64,000 nt of DNA from Alphaproteobacteria bacterium (GTDB lineage: Bacteria; Pseudomonadota; Alphaproteobacteria; SHVW01): contig SHVW01000001.1 of the NCBI GenBank assembly GCA_009694085.1, forward strand, positions 8,164-72,163, given 5' to 3'. A model generated the notes under the pieces. That model was given only the letters and a program-made list of their open reading frames with translations. It did not search any database and was not told the origin of the DNA. Position numbers and translations under genes: made by a program. Shown piece after piece: positions 8,726 through 18,462 of this stretch (the stretch's first letter is position 1; every line of letters begins with the position of its first letter).

Positions 8726-10303
8726 CTACGGCACGGGCTTGACGCCGGTGGCCAGCGTGTACTCGTCCGGCCGGGCGGCATAGGACAAGCCCTTGCGCGT
8801 GCCCCAGGTGTTCAAAGGCCAGTAGAGCGGCACCAGCGCGACGTCCTGGCCGATGGCGATTTCGGTCGCCTCGACGATCAGCGCGTTGCGCTTAGCCTCG
8901 TCGGTTGTGCCATAGGCCTGCTCGATCAACTGATCGAACCTGGCGTTGGAGTAGCGACCGCGATTGCCCGCGCCTACGCCCTTGTCGGCGTTGAAGGTCT
9001 GGGACAGGTATTTCAGCATGTCCATGACCTCGCCCGTATCCGTGCTCGTGCCGGAAAAGCCGATGCTGAATTCCAGCTTGGAGAAGCGGCCGAAATAGAT
9101 GGTGCGCGACATAGTGTCGACCGCCGTCTTGACACCGATGCGCGCCAGCATCTGAGCCAGCGCCTGGACCACCTTGGCGTCGTTGGGATAACGGTCGTTG
9201 GGACCGTGAATGGTTATCGAGAAGCCATCGGGATAGCCGGCCTCGGCCAGTAGCTTGCGCGCGCCTTCGGGATCGTAGGCCTCGGGCTTCAGCTTGGCGC
9301 TGGTAGCGGGCAGGCTCTCCGGCAGGTACTGGCCGGCCGGCATGGCCTGGCCTTCCATGATCTGGCTGACAATGGCATCCCGGTTGAACGCCTTGGAGAT
9401 CGCCCGGCGCACGCGCACATCCTTGAGCGGGTTCTTGGCCAGGGGTTTGCCGTCCTTATCCATGACGAAGGGCGTGACGTCGCGATTGCTGTCGAGCGAC
9501 AGATAATAGAGGCGTAGGCCCAGGCCTTGGGACAGGCTGAGCCGGGCGTCTTGCTTGAGGCGCGCGATGTCGCTGCTGGGCACATTGTTGATCACATCGA
9601 CATCGCCGGCTAACAAGGCGGCGGTGCGCGAGGCCGGGTTGGTGATCGGTTTGACGATCACGCGGTCCCAATGGGGCTTGGCGCCCCAGTAGCCTTCATT
9701 GCGCTGGAGCACAAGACGGTCGCCCTGGACCCACTCGACGAGTTTGTAGGGACCCGTGCCGAGCGCTGCTTTGCCGGAATTGTAGTCCGGGGTCTTTGCA
9801 TCCTGCCCGATCTTGCGCGAGATGATGCCAACATTGGTCAATTCGTAGAGCAGAGCCGCGTAGGGTGTCGCGGTCTTGATGTGCAAGGTCAGGTCATCCA
9901 CCACAGTGACCGCGCTGATACGCTTGAGGTACTGGCCATAGCTGGCCGGGCTGTTCGGCACGTTCTGGGCCCGCTCATAGGTGAAGGCGACGTCTCCGGC
10001 GGTGAGCGGCGTGCCGTCATGGAATTTGACGCCGGGGCGCAGTTTGAACTCCCAGGTTGTGTCGTCAATGGCGCGCCAGGACACGGCCAGGGCGGGGATG
10101 AGCTGCGTCTTGTCGTCGAGATCGATCAGGTAGTCGAAGATATGACGATTGACCTCAACATTGGGCGAGAGGTTGTAGAAATGGGGGTCCATGGTCGTGG
10201 CTTCCGACGACACGCCGATGCGCAAATCGGCAGACATCGCGGCGCCCGACAACAAAGCGGCAAATGCGAGACCGGAAATGCTGACAAATACGTGCTTCGA
10301 CAT
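8726..10303 (-). CDS. ABC transporter substrate-binding protein, family 5 (DppA/OppA-like peptide/nickel SBP).
   Basis: 525 aa with a signal peptide and family-5 SBP architecture. Adjacent to the dipeptidase. Confidence 0.75.
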   Translation of the reverse strand: MSKHVFVSISGLAFAALLSGAAMSADLRIGVSSEATTMDPHFYNLSPNVEVNRHIFDYLIDLDDKTQLIPALAVSWRAIDDTTWEFKLRPGVKFHDGTPLTAGDVAFTYERAQNVPNSPASYGQYLKRISAVTVVDDLTLHIKTATPYAALLYELTNVGIISRKIGQDAKTPDYNSGKAALGTGPYKLVEWVQGDRLVLQRNEGYWGAKPHWDRVIVKPITNPASRTAALLAGDVDVINNVPSSDIARLKQDARLSLSQGLGLRLYYLSLDSNRDVTPFVMDKDGKPLAKNPLKDVRVRRAISKAFNRDAIVSQIMEGQAMPAGQYLPESLPATSAKLKPEAYDPEGARKLLAEAGYPDGFSITIHGPNDRYPNDAKVVQALAQMLARIGVKTAVDTMSRTIYFGRFSKLEFSIGFSGTSTDTGEVMDMLKYLSQTFNADKGVGAGNRGRYSNARFDQLIEQAYGTTDEAKRNALIVEATEIAIGQDVALVPLYWPLNTWGTRKGLSYAARPDEYTLATGVKPVP

Positions 10304-10655
10304 CCTACACCTCTTTGGCTCGAGAACAAGGCAGGCGACCTCATCAGCGCGCAGCTTGTGTGGAAAAGTAGGCTAGTCTGCGGCTCTTGTAAATGCCGCG
10401 CGACATTGTAGCCAGGGCAATCGCTTGAACGGCTCAATACGTGATCTGCGATGTGAGGTCTTTACGTCCGAGCCTGTTGCGGTGCCCCGTTTACCTACCT
10501 CGGATTGTCACCTCAGCCGAACAATCTAGTTTCCCGAGTCTTCAAGCGCTGTGCTGAGAAGACTTGTCAGTCGGGATTCGAGGTTTGTTCCTTCAAGCGA
10601 TTCCCCTAACATTGTGGCGCGAGGCCCTTCGATTGGGCACACTGTCGCGGTAACG

Positions 10656-11105
10656 ATGGGTAGGGAGAGTTCATTGTCCGACCAAGCCAAATTCATCGGC
10701 GCCTGGCGCCTGGTCTCGATCGAGCGCCGCGCAGCCGATGGCGAGGTCGATTACCCCTACGGGCCGGCGCCGAAGGGCTACATCATCTGGACTGCCGACA
10801 GCCACATGGCGGTGGTTCTGACCCATGGGGAGCGCCCGCCGTTCAAATCGAGCGAAGCGCGCGCCGGGACCGATCGCGAGAAGGCGATGGCCTTTGACGG
10901 TCTCTTCACCTATGCCGGGCCTTACCATGTGGCGGACGGGGCCGTGCATCACCGCATCGAACACTGCCATTTCCCCAACCTCCAGAGTCAGACCCAGACA
11001 CGGTTCTATACCTTCGAAGGCAAGCGCGTGATCCTGAAATCGGCGCCGACACCGGCGGCGGGGAAGGACCGCGTCACGACTATCACCTGGGAGCGGTCGG
11101 GGTAG
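10656..11105 (+). CDS. Lipocalin-like domain protein.
   Basis: 'FIGAWRLVSIERRAADGEVDYPYGPAPKGYIIWTADSHMAV' is typical of the lipocalin-like family. Start chosen at an internal Met because the upstream part of the track ORF looks non-coding. Confidence 0.45.
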   Translation: MGRESSLSDQAKFIGAWRLVSIERRAADGEVDYPYGPAPKGYIIWTADSHMAVVLTHGERPPFKSSEARAGTDREKAMAFDGLFTYAGPYHVADGAVHHRIEHCHFPNLQSQTQTRFYTFEGKRVILKSAPTPAAGKDRVTTITWERSG

Positions 11106-11165
11106 GGGCGCTCAAGCTGCCTTGAATCGCTCGACGCGAAAGCCTCGTGCGCGTAGCTCTGCATG

Positions 11166-11399
11166 CTAGAGTTCGAATTGCATTTGCTGCGCGAGCCAGC
11201 TCTGCGGGCTGCCGCCAAACGCCCGCGCTAGGCGGATCGCCATATCCGGCGAAATGCCCGACCGCCCATTGAGCAGCTCGGACAATGTCTTGCGCGACAC
11301 GCCCAGACCTTGAGCTGCGCGCGTTACCGACAACCCCAGCGGTTTCAGGCAGAGTGCCCGGATCACCTCACCGGGGTGGGGCGGGTTGTGCATGGGCAT
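11166..11399 (-). CDS. higA: HigA antitoxin (XRE-family HTH).
   Basis: 77 aa. '[41 protein letters not shown]' is the canonical HigA HTH. Confidence 0.75.
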   Translation of the reverse strand: MPMHNPPHPGEVIRALCLKPLGLSVTRAAQGLGVSRKTLSELLNGRSGISPDMAIRLARAFGGSPQSWLAQQMQFEL

Positions 11400-11411
11400 T
11401 GGAGAGTGTCC

Positions 11412-11555
11412 TCAGTGATAGTCGAGATGGTCCACGTCAACGGCATCCGCACCGTCGAATCGAAAGATCACGCGATGGTTTCCCGAGACCGAGACGGCAA
11501 AGTAACCAGCAAGCCTGCCCTTGAGTGCATGCAGCCGCAGGCCAGGCAGGTTCAT
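11412..11555 (-). pseudogene. higB: HigB/RelE-family toxin, truncated C-terminal fragment.
   Basis: Translation 'MNLPGLRLHALKGRLAGYFAVSVSGNHRVIFRFDGADAVDVDHLDYH' matches the C-terminal half of HigB toxins. The frame stays open upstream for ~30 codons with no ATG/GTG/TTG, and the N-terminal HigB helices are missing. Confidence 0.5.
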
Positions 11556-11688
11556 ATCGCTGGGGCTCGCACGCTCTGTCCATTTTTGCCGGCTGACTCG
11601 CCCTGGGTGCCGCCGGTTGCGCTGCCGTCGATGCCGCCGATATCAGCTATGCCACGCCGCGCGACGGCCGGCCCGGCAACCGATAACC

Positions 11689-11732
11689 CAAAAAAGATCG
11701 GGGCGGCGCGGGATTTCCCCCCCGCGCCGCCC
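11689..11732 (-). terminator. Rho-independent terminator of the coxSLM operon.
   Basis: 12-bp GC stem GGGGCGGCGCGG/CCGCGCCGCCCC with a 10-nt loop. On the minus strand it is followed by a T6 tract (AAAAAA at ~11689-11694 on the plus strand). Confidence 0.55.
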
Positions 11733-11756
11733 CGCCTTTAGTTAACGTTTGGCCGC

Positions 11757-12548
11757 TTAACCGCAGGCGGCGACCGCGCGCTTGGCCATCACGCCCACGA
11801 GATGGGCGCGGTATTCGGCCGAGGCGTGCATATCGCTATTGAGCTTCTTGGCATCGGTCTTGAGGCCGTCGAGCGCGCCGGCGGCGAACGACTTGGCGAG
11901 CGCGGCCTCCGCATCCTTGTGGCGGAACACGCCGGACTGCCCGGCGCCGGTCACGGCGACGCGGACAGTCCCGCCCGATTTCGCCACCATGACGCCGACG
12001 ATGGCGTAGCGCGAGGCCGGGTTCGGGAACTTCTGGTAGTTCGCCTTGTCCGGGATCGGGAAGCTGACGGCGGTGATGATTTCGCCGTCGCCGAGCGCCG
12101 TCTCGAACATGCCCTTGAAGAAATCGTCGGCCGCGATCTTGCGCTTGTTGGTGACGATGGTGGCGCCGAGTGCCATGCAGCCCGCGGGATAATCGGCGGC
12201 GGGATCGTTGTTGGCGATCGAGCCGCCGATGGTGCCGCGATTGCGGACCTGCGGGTCGCCGATGCCGTCGGCGAGATCGGCCAGCGCCGGGATCGCCTTT
12301 TTGACCTCGGCGGAGTGGGCGACCTCGTCATGGCTCGTCATGGCGCCTATGACGATGGCGTTGCCGTCCTTCTTGATACCCGCGAGATCCTTGACCCCGG
12401 CGAGATCGACAACGTCGGACGGGCTGGCCAGTCGCTGCTTCATGGTCGGGATCAGCGTCATGCCGCCCGCCATCAGCTTGGCCTCGCCTTTGAGTGCCTT
12501 GGCGGCGTCGGCCACGCTGTTCGGGCGTTGATAGTTGAAGTCGCGCAT
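11757..12548 (-). CDS. coxM: CO-dehydrogenase-family medium subunit (FAD-binding molybdopterin dehydrogenase), CoxM.
   Basis: 263 aa. '[14 protein letters not shown]' FAD-binding motif, and the position of the gene after coxL. Confidence 0.8.
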   Translation of the reverse strand: MRDFNYQRPNSVADAAKALKGEAKLMAGGMTLIPTMKQRLASPSDVVDLAGVKDLAGIKKDGNAIVIGAMTSHDEVAHSAEVKKAIPALADLADGIGDPQVRNRGTIGGSIANNDPAADYPAGCMALGATIVTNKRKIAADDFFKGMFETALGDGEIITAVSFPIPDKANYQKFPNPASRYAIVGVMVAKSGGTVRVAVTGAGQSGVFRHKDAEAALAKSFAAGALDGLKTDAKKLNSDMHASAEYRAHLVGVMAKRAVAACG

Positions 12549-12563
12549 GGGTTGCTTCCTCTC

Positions 12564-14954
12564 TTACTCGGCCGCACGGGCCACGGTGCCGTGGATCGCG
12601 CGCCACACCCGCTCGGGTGTCGCCGGCATTTCGATGTGGGTGACGCCGCGCTCCGATAGGGCGTCGACGATCGCGTTGATGACGGCTGGAGGCGCGCCGA
12701 TGGCGCCGGCTTCGCCGCAACCCTTCACGCCCAAGGGATTGTGCGTGCAGGGCGTGGCTTCCTTGCTGGTCTCGACCTTGAAGGACGGCACGTCGTCGGC
12801 CCGGGGCATGCAGTAGTCGGTGTAGGAGCCGGTCAGCAACTGGCCCGACTTGTCGTCATAGATGCAGCTTTCGAGCAGCGCCTGACCGATGCCTTGGACC
12901 AGCCCGCCATGGACCTGGCCTTCGACGATCATCGGATTGATGATCTTGCCGAAATCGTCGGCGGCCACGAAGTTCACGATCCGCGTGATGCCGGTGTCGG
13001 GGTCGATTTCGACCTCGCACACATAGGTGCCGGACGGGAAGGTGAAGTTGAGCGGGTCGTAGAACGCGGTTTCGTCCATGCCCGGCTCGACCTTGTCGAG
13101 CGGGTAGTGGTGCGGCACATAAGCCGCGAACGCGACTTCGCCGAACGCCTTGGATTTATCCGTGCCGGCGACCTGGAACTTGCCATCCTTGAACTCGATA
13201 TCGGCCTCGGCCGCTTCGAGCATATGGGCGGCGATCTTCTTGCCTTTGGCGATCACCTTGTCGAGCGCCTTCATGATAGCCGTGCCGCCGACCGCGATCG
13301 AGCGCGAACCGTAGGTGCCCATGCCAAACAGCACCTTGGCCGTATCGCCATGGACGATGTCGATATTCTCGATCGGCACGCCCAAACGATCGGAAACGAC
13401 TTGAGCGAACGACGTTTCGTGACCCTGGCCATGGGAATGACTGCCAGTGAAGACGCTGATCGAGCCGGTCGGGTGCACGCGCACCTGGGCGGCCTCGTAA
13501 AGACCAGCCCGCGCACCGAGCGCGCCAGCCACGTTGGACGGTGCGATGCCGCAGGCCTCGATATAAGAGGCGATGCCGATGCCGCGCAGCATGCCGCGCT
13601 TCTTGGCCTCCTCGCGCCGGGCCTTGAAGCCGGCGTAGTCGGACATTTTGAGTGCTTGATCGAGGGTGGCTTGGTAATTGCCGGTGTCGTATTGGAGCGC
13701 TACCGGCGTCTGGTAGGGGAAGGCGTCCTTCGGGATGAAATTCTTCCGGCGCAGTTCCGCCGGGTCGATCTTCATTTCGTCCGCGGCTTTGTCGACGATG
13801 CGTTCGAGCAGATATGTGGCTTCCGGTCGTCCGGCGCCGCGATAGGCGTCGACCGGCACGGTGTTGGTGAACACTGCGCGCACTTCGCAATAGATCGCGG
13901 GCGTGGTGTACACGCCAGCCAGCAGCGTGCCGTGCAGATAGGTGGGCACGCAGGTGGAGAAGGTCGAGAGATAGGCGCCCAGATTGGCCGTGGTGCTGGC
14001 GCGCAAGCCCAAGAACTTGCCGTCCTTGTCCATGGCTAGTTCGCAATGGGTGACGTGGTCGCGGCCCTGGGCGTCGGACATGAACGCTTCCGAGCGATCG
14101 GCCGTCCATTTGATCGGCCGGCCTATTTTCTTGGAGGCCCAGGTGACGATGGCCTCTTCGGCATAGTGGTAGATTTTCGAACCGAAGCCGCCGCCCACAT
14201 CGGGGGCGACGACGCGCAACTTATGCTCCGGCAGCTTGAGCACGAAGGCGCCCATGAGCAGCCGGATTACGTGGGGGTTCTGGCTGGTGGTGTAGAGCGT
14301 GTAGTGGCCCGTGCCGGTGTCGTAGTCGCCGATCGCCGCGCGCGGCTCAATGGCGTTGGCCACGAGCCGGTTGTTGATCAGGTCGAGCTTGGTGACATGG
14401 GCGGCCCCGGCGAAAGCGGCGTCGGTCGCCGCCTTGTCGCCGATATGCCAGTCATAGCAGGTGTTACTCTTGGCCTGGTCCCACACCTGGGGCGATCCGG
14501 ATTTCGCGGCCTGGGCGGTGTTTATGATGGCGGGCAGGGGCTTGTAGTCGACCTCGATCGACTCGGCCGCCTCGCGTGCCTGATCCAAGCTTTCCGCGAT
14601 CACGACCGCGACTTGGTCGCCGACATGGCGCACCCGGTCGGGTACCAAAGGCGGGTGGGGCGGTTCGACCATGGGCGAGCCGTCTTTCGAATGGACCAGC
14701 CAGCCGCAGGGCAGGCCACCAACACCGTCGGCCGCCATATCGGCGCCGGTGAAGATGGCAACGACGCCGGGTGCCTTCTTCGCCTTGTCGGTCTTGATGC
14801 CCTTGATCTCGGCATGGGCGTGAGGCGAGCGCAGGATATAGGCATGGGTCTGGTGCGGACGGTTGATGTCGTCCGTGTAGGTGCCCTTGCCCGTGAGGAA
14901 GCGATAATCCTCGCGCCGGCGAACCGGTGCGCCGATTCCGGTGTCAGTCATCAT
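12564..14954 (-). CDS. coxL: CO-dehydrogenase-family large subunit (molybdopterin-binding), form II CoxL.
   Basis: 796 aa aldehyde-oxidase / xanthine-dehydrogenase family. Active-site loop '[13 protein letters not shown]' (AYRGAGR) is the form II signature, as opposed to VAYRCSFR in form I. Confidence 0.85.
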   Translation of the reverse strand: MMTDTGIGAPVRRREDYRFLTGKGTYTDDINRPHQTHAYILRSPHAHAEIKGIKTDKAKKAPGVVAIFTGADMAADGVGGLPCGWLVHSKDGSPMVEPPHPPLVPDRVRHVGDQVAVVIAESLDQAREAAESIEVDYKPLPAIINTAQAAKSGSPQVWDQAKSNTCYDWHIGDKAATDAAFAGAAHVTKLDLINNRLVANAIEPRAAIGDYDTGTGHYTLYTTSQNPHVIRLLMGAFVLKLPEHKLRVVAPDVGGGFGSKIYHYAEEAIVTWASKKIGRPIKWTADRSEAFMSDAQGRDHVTHCELAMDKDGKFLGLRASTTANLGAYLSTFSTCVPTYLHGTLLAGVYTTPAIYCEVRAVFTNTVPVDAYRGAGRPEATYLLERIVDKAADEMKIDPAELRRKNFIPKDAFPYQTPVALQYDTGNYQATLDQALKMSDYAGFKARREEAKKRGMLRGIGIASYIEACGIAPSNVAGALGARAGLYEAAQVRVHPTGSISVFTGSHSHGQGHETSFAQVVSDRLGVPIENIDIVHGDTAKVLFGMGTYGSRSIAVGGTAIMKALDKVIAKGKKIAAHMLEAAEADIEFKDGKFQVAGTDKSKAFGEVAFAAYVPHHYPLDKVEPGMDETAFYDPLNFTFPSGTYVCEVEIDPDTGITRIVNFVAADDFGKIINPMIVEGQVHGGLVQGIGQALLESCIYDDKSGQLLTGSYTDYCMPRADDVPSFKVETSKEATPCTHNPLGVKGCGEAGAIGAPPAVINAIVDALSERGVTHIEMPATPERVWRAIHGTVARAAE

Positions 14955-15438
14955 CGCCTCCCTTGCCCGTTGCCATGGCGCGCGCCCCGGCCATCACGGC
15001 CTTGACGATATTGTGGTAGCCCGTGCAACGGCAGATGTTGCCCTCGAGCCATTCGCGAACTTCCTGCTCGCTCGGGCTTTTGTTGCGCTTGGCCAGATCG
15101 ACTGCGCTCATGACCATGCCCGGCGTGCAGAAGCCGCATTGCAGCCCATGATGCTCGCGGAAGGCGGCCTGCATGGGATGCAGATCGCCGCCGGCGGGCG
15201 CCAACCCCTCGATCGTGGCGACGGCAGCGCCCTCGGCCTGGACTGCCAGCATGGTGCAGCTCTTGACCGAGCGCCCATCGACATGGACGACGCAGGCGCC
15301 GCACTGGCTGGTATCGCAACCGACATGGGTTCCGGTCAGGCTCAACGTTTCGCGCAGGAACTGCACCAGCAGCGTGCGCCCCTCGACCTGGCCGGACACG
15401 GACTTGCCGTTCACCGTCATCTTTACGGTGCTTGGCAT
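14944..15438 (-). CDS. coxS: CO-dehydrogenase-family small subunit (2x [2Fe-2S]), CoxS.
   Basis: 164 aa. '[16 protein letters not shown]' and 'CGFCTPG...CRCTGY' cysteine clusters. Gene order S-L-M is typical of form II. Confidence 0.85.
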   Translation of the reverse strand: MPSTVKMTVNGKSVSGQVEGRTLLVQFLRETLSLTGTHVGCDTSQCGACVVHVDGRSVKSCTMLAVQAEGAAVATIEGLAPAGGDLHPMQAAFREHHGLQCGFCTPGMVMSAVDLAKRNKSPSEQEVREWLEGNICRCTGYHNIVKAVMAGARAMATGKGGDDD

Positions 15439-15582
15439 CGCAACCTCCCTTCAACGCTTCTTCATATGGCCCGGTCGTGTCGACCGAGCCGGTGTTGGAC
15501 GTGCGCGTAGTCAACCATTTAGCGGCGAACGCGGTCAAGGCGGGTTTTGAGGAGTGCGTGTGGCTCAACCAATCCTGGATCC

Positions 15583-17106
15583 CTACCTGGGTTTGCGATA
15601 GATCGGCCCGCATAAGGCCGCGATCACACGAGGGCCGAGGATATCGTTGGCGTTCTTGCGACCGAATTCGCGCCGTTTGAACTCCCGGATGCCCTCGGAA
15701 ACGGCGTCGTAAAAATTCGGGGTGCCGGGCACGGCCTCCGGTGCCAGATGGCCGCGTTCGTGCAAAGCCACGGCGATATAAGCACGCGTTGCATTGCGAT
15801 CCATGAGCAAGGTCCAAGTGCCGCCCGCTCCGGCATAGCGCAGACCGCAGGGTCGTTCGCCGCGACGCCAGGCGGCGACCTCCGCCGCCCAGGGTGCAGC
15901 CTCATCCTGTTTCCGGCCGATGAATGCATAGGTCGCGCCGGATACGGCTATGGCGATCGATAGCGCGGCACCCAGCGATGTCGCCGCAATGCCGGCGGCG
16001 GCCACGAACCAAACATGAGCCAGGATCAGGGTGAGATGACTGGTCACGATCGTATAACGCGCACCGATGACTTGGTCGGCGAGGAGTTGCCGGGGATCGA
16101 TGCCGTTGGCAACGAGCGATGCGAACGAGTACCCGCAGAACGCGACGGTCAGCAGTGCCGTGATGCGGCCCGGCAGAGAACGGCACGCCGCCGAAACTGC
16201 GAGAATTACGCAACCGAGTAGAATCGTGCACCCCCCAATCCAGGAACTGGGAAAAGCAGCCAGCGTGCGATTGACTGCCGCGACGGCTCGCTCGCCGAGT
16301 ACGGGCAGAACGAAGCTGTTGACGAGTGCGGCGTTTGGCCAATGACGCGCGCCGGTTAGCCAATCGGCCCAGGACCCCATCTCCGGCGACGCGATGACAC
16401 CGAATTTGGCCATGAGTAGCGCCTGCGCGACTGCTGCAATCGTCAGGATGGTTGCGACGGTCAACAGATGACGCGTGCGAGAGATGGCGAAGGCCAACCA
16501 AAACATCGGTGCGAAGATACAGGCGGGCGGCCCGCTCAACGCGGCGAGCAGGGCATAGGCGCCGAGCGCACATCGCTCGGCTATGGCGATAGCGTGCCGG
16601 TCGTCCAGCATCATGAGAGCGAGCGGAATGGCGAACAGGAACTGGATACAGGTGCTGTTCAACCAGGTCTCGGAATTGGGCAGGACGAGCATGAAACCGA
16701 CGCTCAAAACTGCGCGTTGCCACGCCGTGCCGATCGGTGCGCCGCGCACCCAGAAAGGACTGACGACCACGGCGGCCTGAATCAGGACGGACGCGAGCTG
16801 GGTCGTCGTGGGCCAAAACTCGATCGGCAGGCGAACGCCGATCATGGCGATCAAATTGTTGGGCAGTTGGTAGTAGCCGCTGCTGTGCAGGAAGAAGATG
16901 GAATCGCGGATGCCGAGTAGCCGTATGTTCTCGAAGAACAGATTGCCTTCCTCGGCCAGGAAGCGGGGGGACTTTACCCAGTCGAGCGAGGTCCACGCGA
17001 CGAACCCGAGATAGACCAAGGCGAGTGCCGCACAAAAAAACAGCGACTCCCTAACGGGGCGTTTCGAGCGCGGTTCTGCAATGGCGGCGTGAGGCATCAT
17101 GGGCAT
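15583..17106 (-). CDS. Large polytopic membrane protein with at least 12 predicted TM helices; possibly a GT-C-type glycosyltransferase-like protein. Function unknown.
   Basis: Hydrophobic, non-Arg-rich composition across ~500 aa. 'FLAEEGNLFFENIRL' lies in the first loop after TM1. There is a soluble C-terminal tail of ~90 aa. N-terminus uncertain: Met codons sit at ~17097-17106. Confidence 0.4.
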   Translation of the reverse strand: MPMMPHAAIAEPRSKRPVRESLFFCAALALVYLGFVAWTSLDWVKSPRFLAEEGNLFFENIRLLGIRDSIFFLHSSGYYQLPNNLIAMIGVRLPIEFWPTTTQLASVLIQAAVVVSPFWVRGAPIGTAWQRAVLSVGFMLVLPNSETWLNSTCIQFLFAIPLALMMLDDRHAIAIAERCALGAYALLAALSGPPACIFAPMFWLAFAISRTRHLLTVATILTIAAVAQALLMAKFGVIASPEMGSWADWLTGARHWPNAALVNSFVLPVLGERAVAAVNRTLAAFPSSWIGGCTILLGCVILAVSAACRSLPGRITALLTVAFCGYSFASLVANGIDPRQLLADQVIGARYTIVTSHLTLILAHVWFVAAAGIAATSLGAALSIAIAVSGATYAFIGRKQDEAAPWAAEVAAWRRGERPCGLRYAGAGGTWTLLMDRNATRAYIAVALHERGHLAPEAVPGTPNFYDAVSEGIREFKRREFGRKNANDILGPRVIAALCGPIYRKPR

Positions 17107-17338
17107 AGGCTGTCTCGCATCCCCGGCGATCGTCGTTTGCGGTCGGGGGAGGCGACTATACGACAAGGCGAACCGGCCCAATGACAAAACCTTGACAAGG
17201 GCCGGGGCGGGGTGGGCGACATTTGGCCGGCGATCCGGGCGAGACTCCGGAACCCCTGATGTGGCATACTTATATCGATTGCGCGCGGTTCCCGGAAGGG
17301 TTGCGCCCAGGGATAACGAAGACGAGTGGGAGGCAGTT

Positions 17339-18304
17339 ATGAAGCGTTGGATCGTAGGTGCGGCATTGCTGGCCGGCATGTCGATTGCTGGGTCGGCCGT
17401 CGCGCAGAACAAGGTTACGATGTCGATCGTCACCGGCGGCACCGGCGGCGTGTATTACCCGCTCGGCGGCGGCCTCGCCAACCTACTGACCAAGTATGTG
17501 CCGGGCTGGCAGGCGACTGCCGAGGTGACGGGCGGCTCGGTCGCCAATCTTCAGCTCATCGGTTCGAAGAAGGCGGAGATCGCTTTCACCATGGCCGACG
17601 CAGCGCTCGACGCTCAGCAGGGCCAGGACAAATTCAAGGACAATAAAGTGCCCCAGCGATTACTGGCGGTACTCTACCCCAACATCATGCACGTCGTCAG
17701 TGTCGAAGGAACGGGCATCACCAAGATGTCCGATCTCAAGGGCAAGCGGGTGTCAACGGGTTCGCCTGGAAGTGCCACCGAGGTCATGGGATTCCGTGTC
17801 ATTGAGGCCGCCGGCCTCGACAAGGACAAGGACATGAGGCGCGAACGTCTCGGCGTGGCCGAATCGACCAATGCGCTCAAGGATAAGAAGATCGACGCCT
17901 ACTTCTGGGTTGGCGGTCTGCCGACCGCGGGCGTTACCGACCTCGCGGCGACGCCCGGCACCAAGATCGCGTTGATTGACCATGAGGCGACGGTTGCTGG
18001 GATGAATCAGAAATATGGCCCGCTTTATGCGGCGAGCGTCATCCCCGCCGGCACCTATCCGGGGCAGGCTAAGGACAACAAAGTCGCCTCGGTGTGGAAC
18101 CTGCTCGTGGTCCACGAGTCGATGACGGACGATTTTGCCTACAACATCGTTAAGACGATCTTCGAGCACCGCGACGAATGGGCTCAGGTCCATGGCGAGG
18201 CGAAGAACGTCAAGCTCGACAATCAGAAGCAGGCAAATTCGCCGATCAATTGGCACCCCGGAGCGGCCCGATATTTCAAAGAGAAGAACGTCAACATCAT
18301 GTAG
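17339..18304 (+). CDS. TRAP transporter solute receptor, TAXI family.
   Basis: Signal peptide, then 'VTMSIVTGGTGGVYYPLGGGLANL', the hallmark of the TAXI family. GGGAGG RBS 6 nt upstream of the ATG. Confidence 0.75.
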   Translation: MKRWIVGAALLAGMSIAGSAVAQNKVTMSIVTGGTGGVYYPLGGGLANLLTKYVPGWQATAEVTGGSVANLQLIGSKKAEIAFTMADAALDAQQGQDKFKDNKVPQRLLAVLYPNIMHVVSVEGTGITKMSDLKGKRVSTGSPGSATEVMGFRVIEAAGLDKDKDMRRERLGVAESTNALKDKKIDAYFWVGGLPTAGVTDLAATPGTKIALIDHEATVAGMNQKYGPLYAASVIPAGTYPGQAKDNKVASVWNLLVVHESMTDDFAYNIVKTIFEHRDEWAQVHGEAKNVKLDNQKQANSPINWHPGAARYFKEKNVNIM

Positions 18305-18462
18305 ATGCAGCCCTTATGACGTTGTAGGGTTCCAAAAGCCCCATTCCGCAAGCGCTGGAATGGGGCTTTTTGCTTGTTGAGGCGGAGGCCGACAGACCAA
18401 GTGGCGGCAAACCGTGCCGCGACTGTTATGATCTGGGTAATGCGGTGACGGCGGCGGGGCTC

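Noticed and set aside
15902-17035. 377-aa minus-strand ORF overlapping the membrane-protein gene in another frame. Similar long Arg-rich ORFs occur elsewhere, e.g. 20391..21800, 24983..25918, 32129..34021 and 53294..55480.
   Set aside because: Extreme Arg/Pro/Gly-rich composition with no motifs. These are typical shadow ORFs of high-GC DNA lying over genes with clear homology in another frame.
18370-18462. TTG start at 18370 for the TRAP fused permease.
   Set aside because: The upstream 31 codons are Arg/Cys-rich and unlike TRAP permease N-termini. The ATG at ~18463 is preferred.
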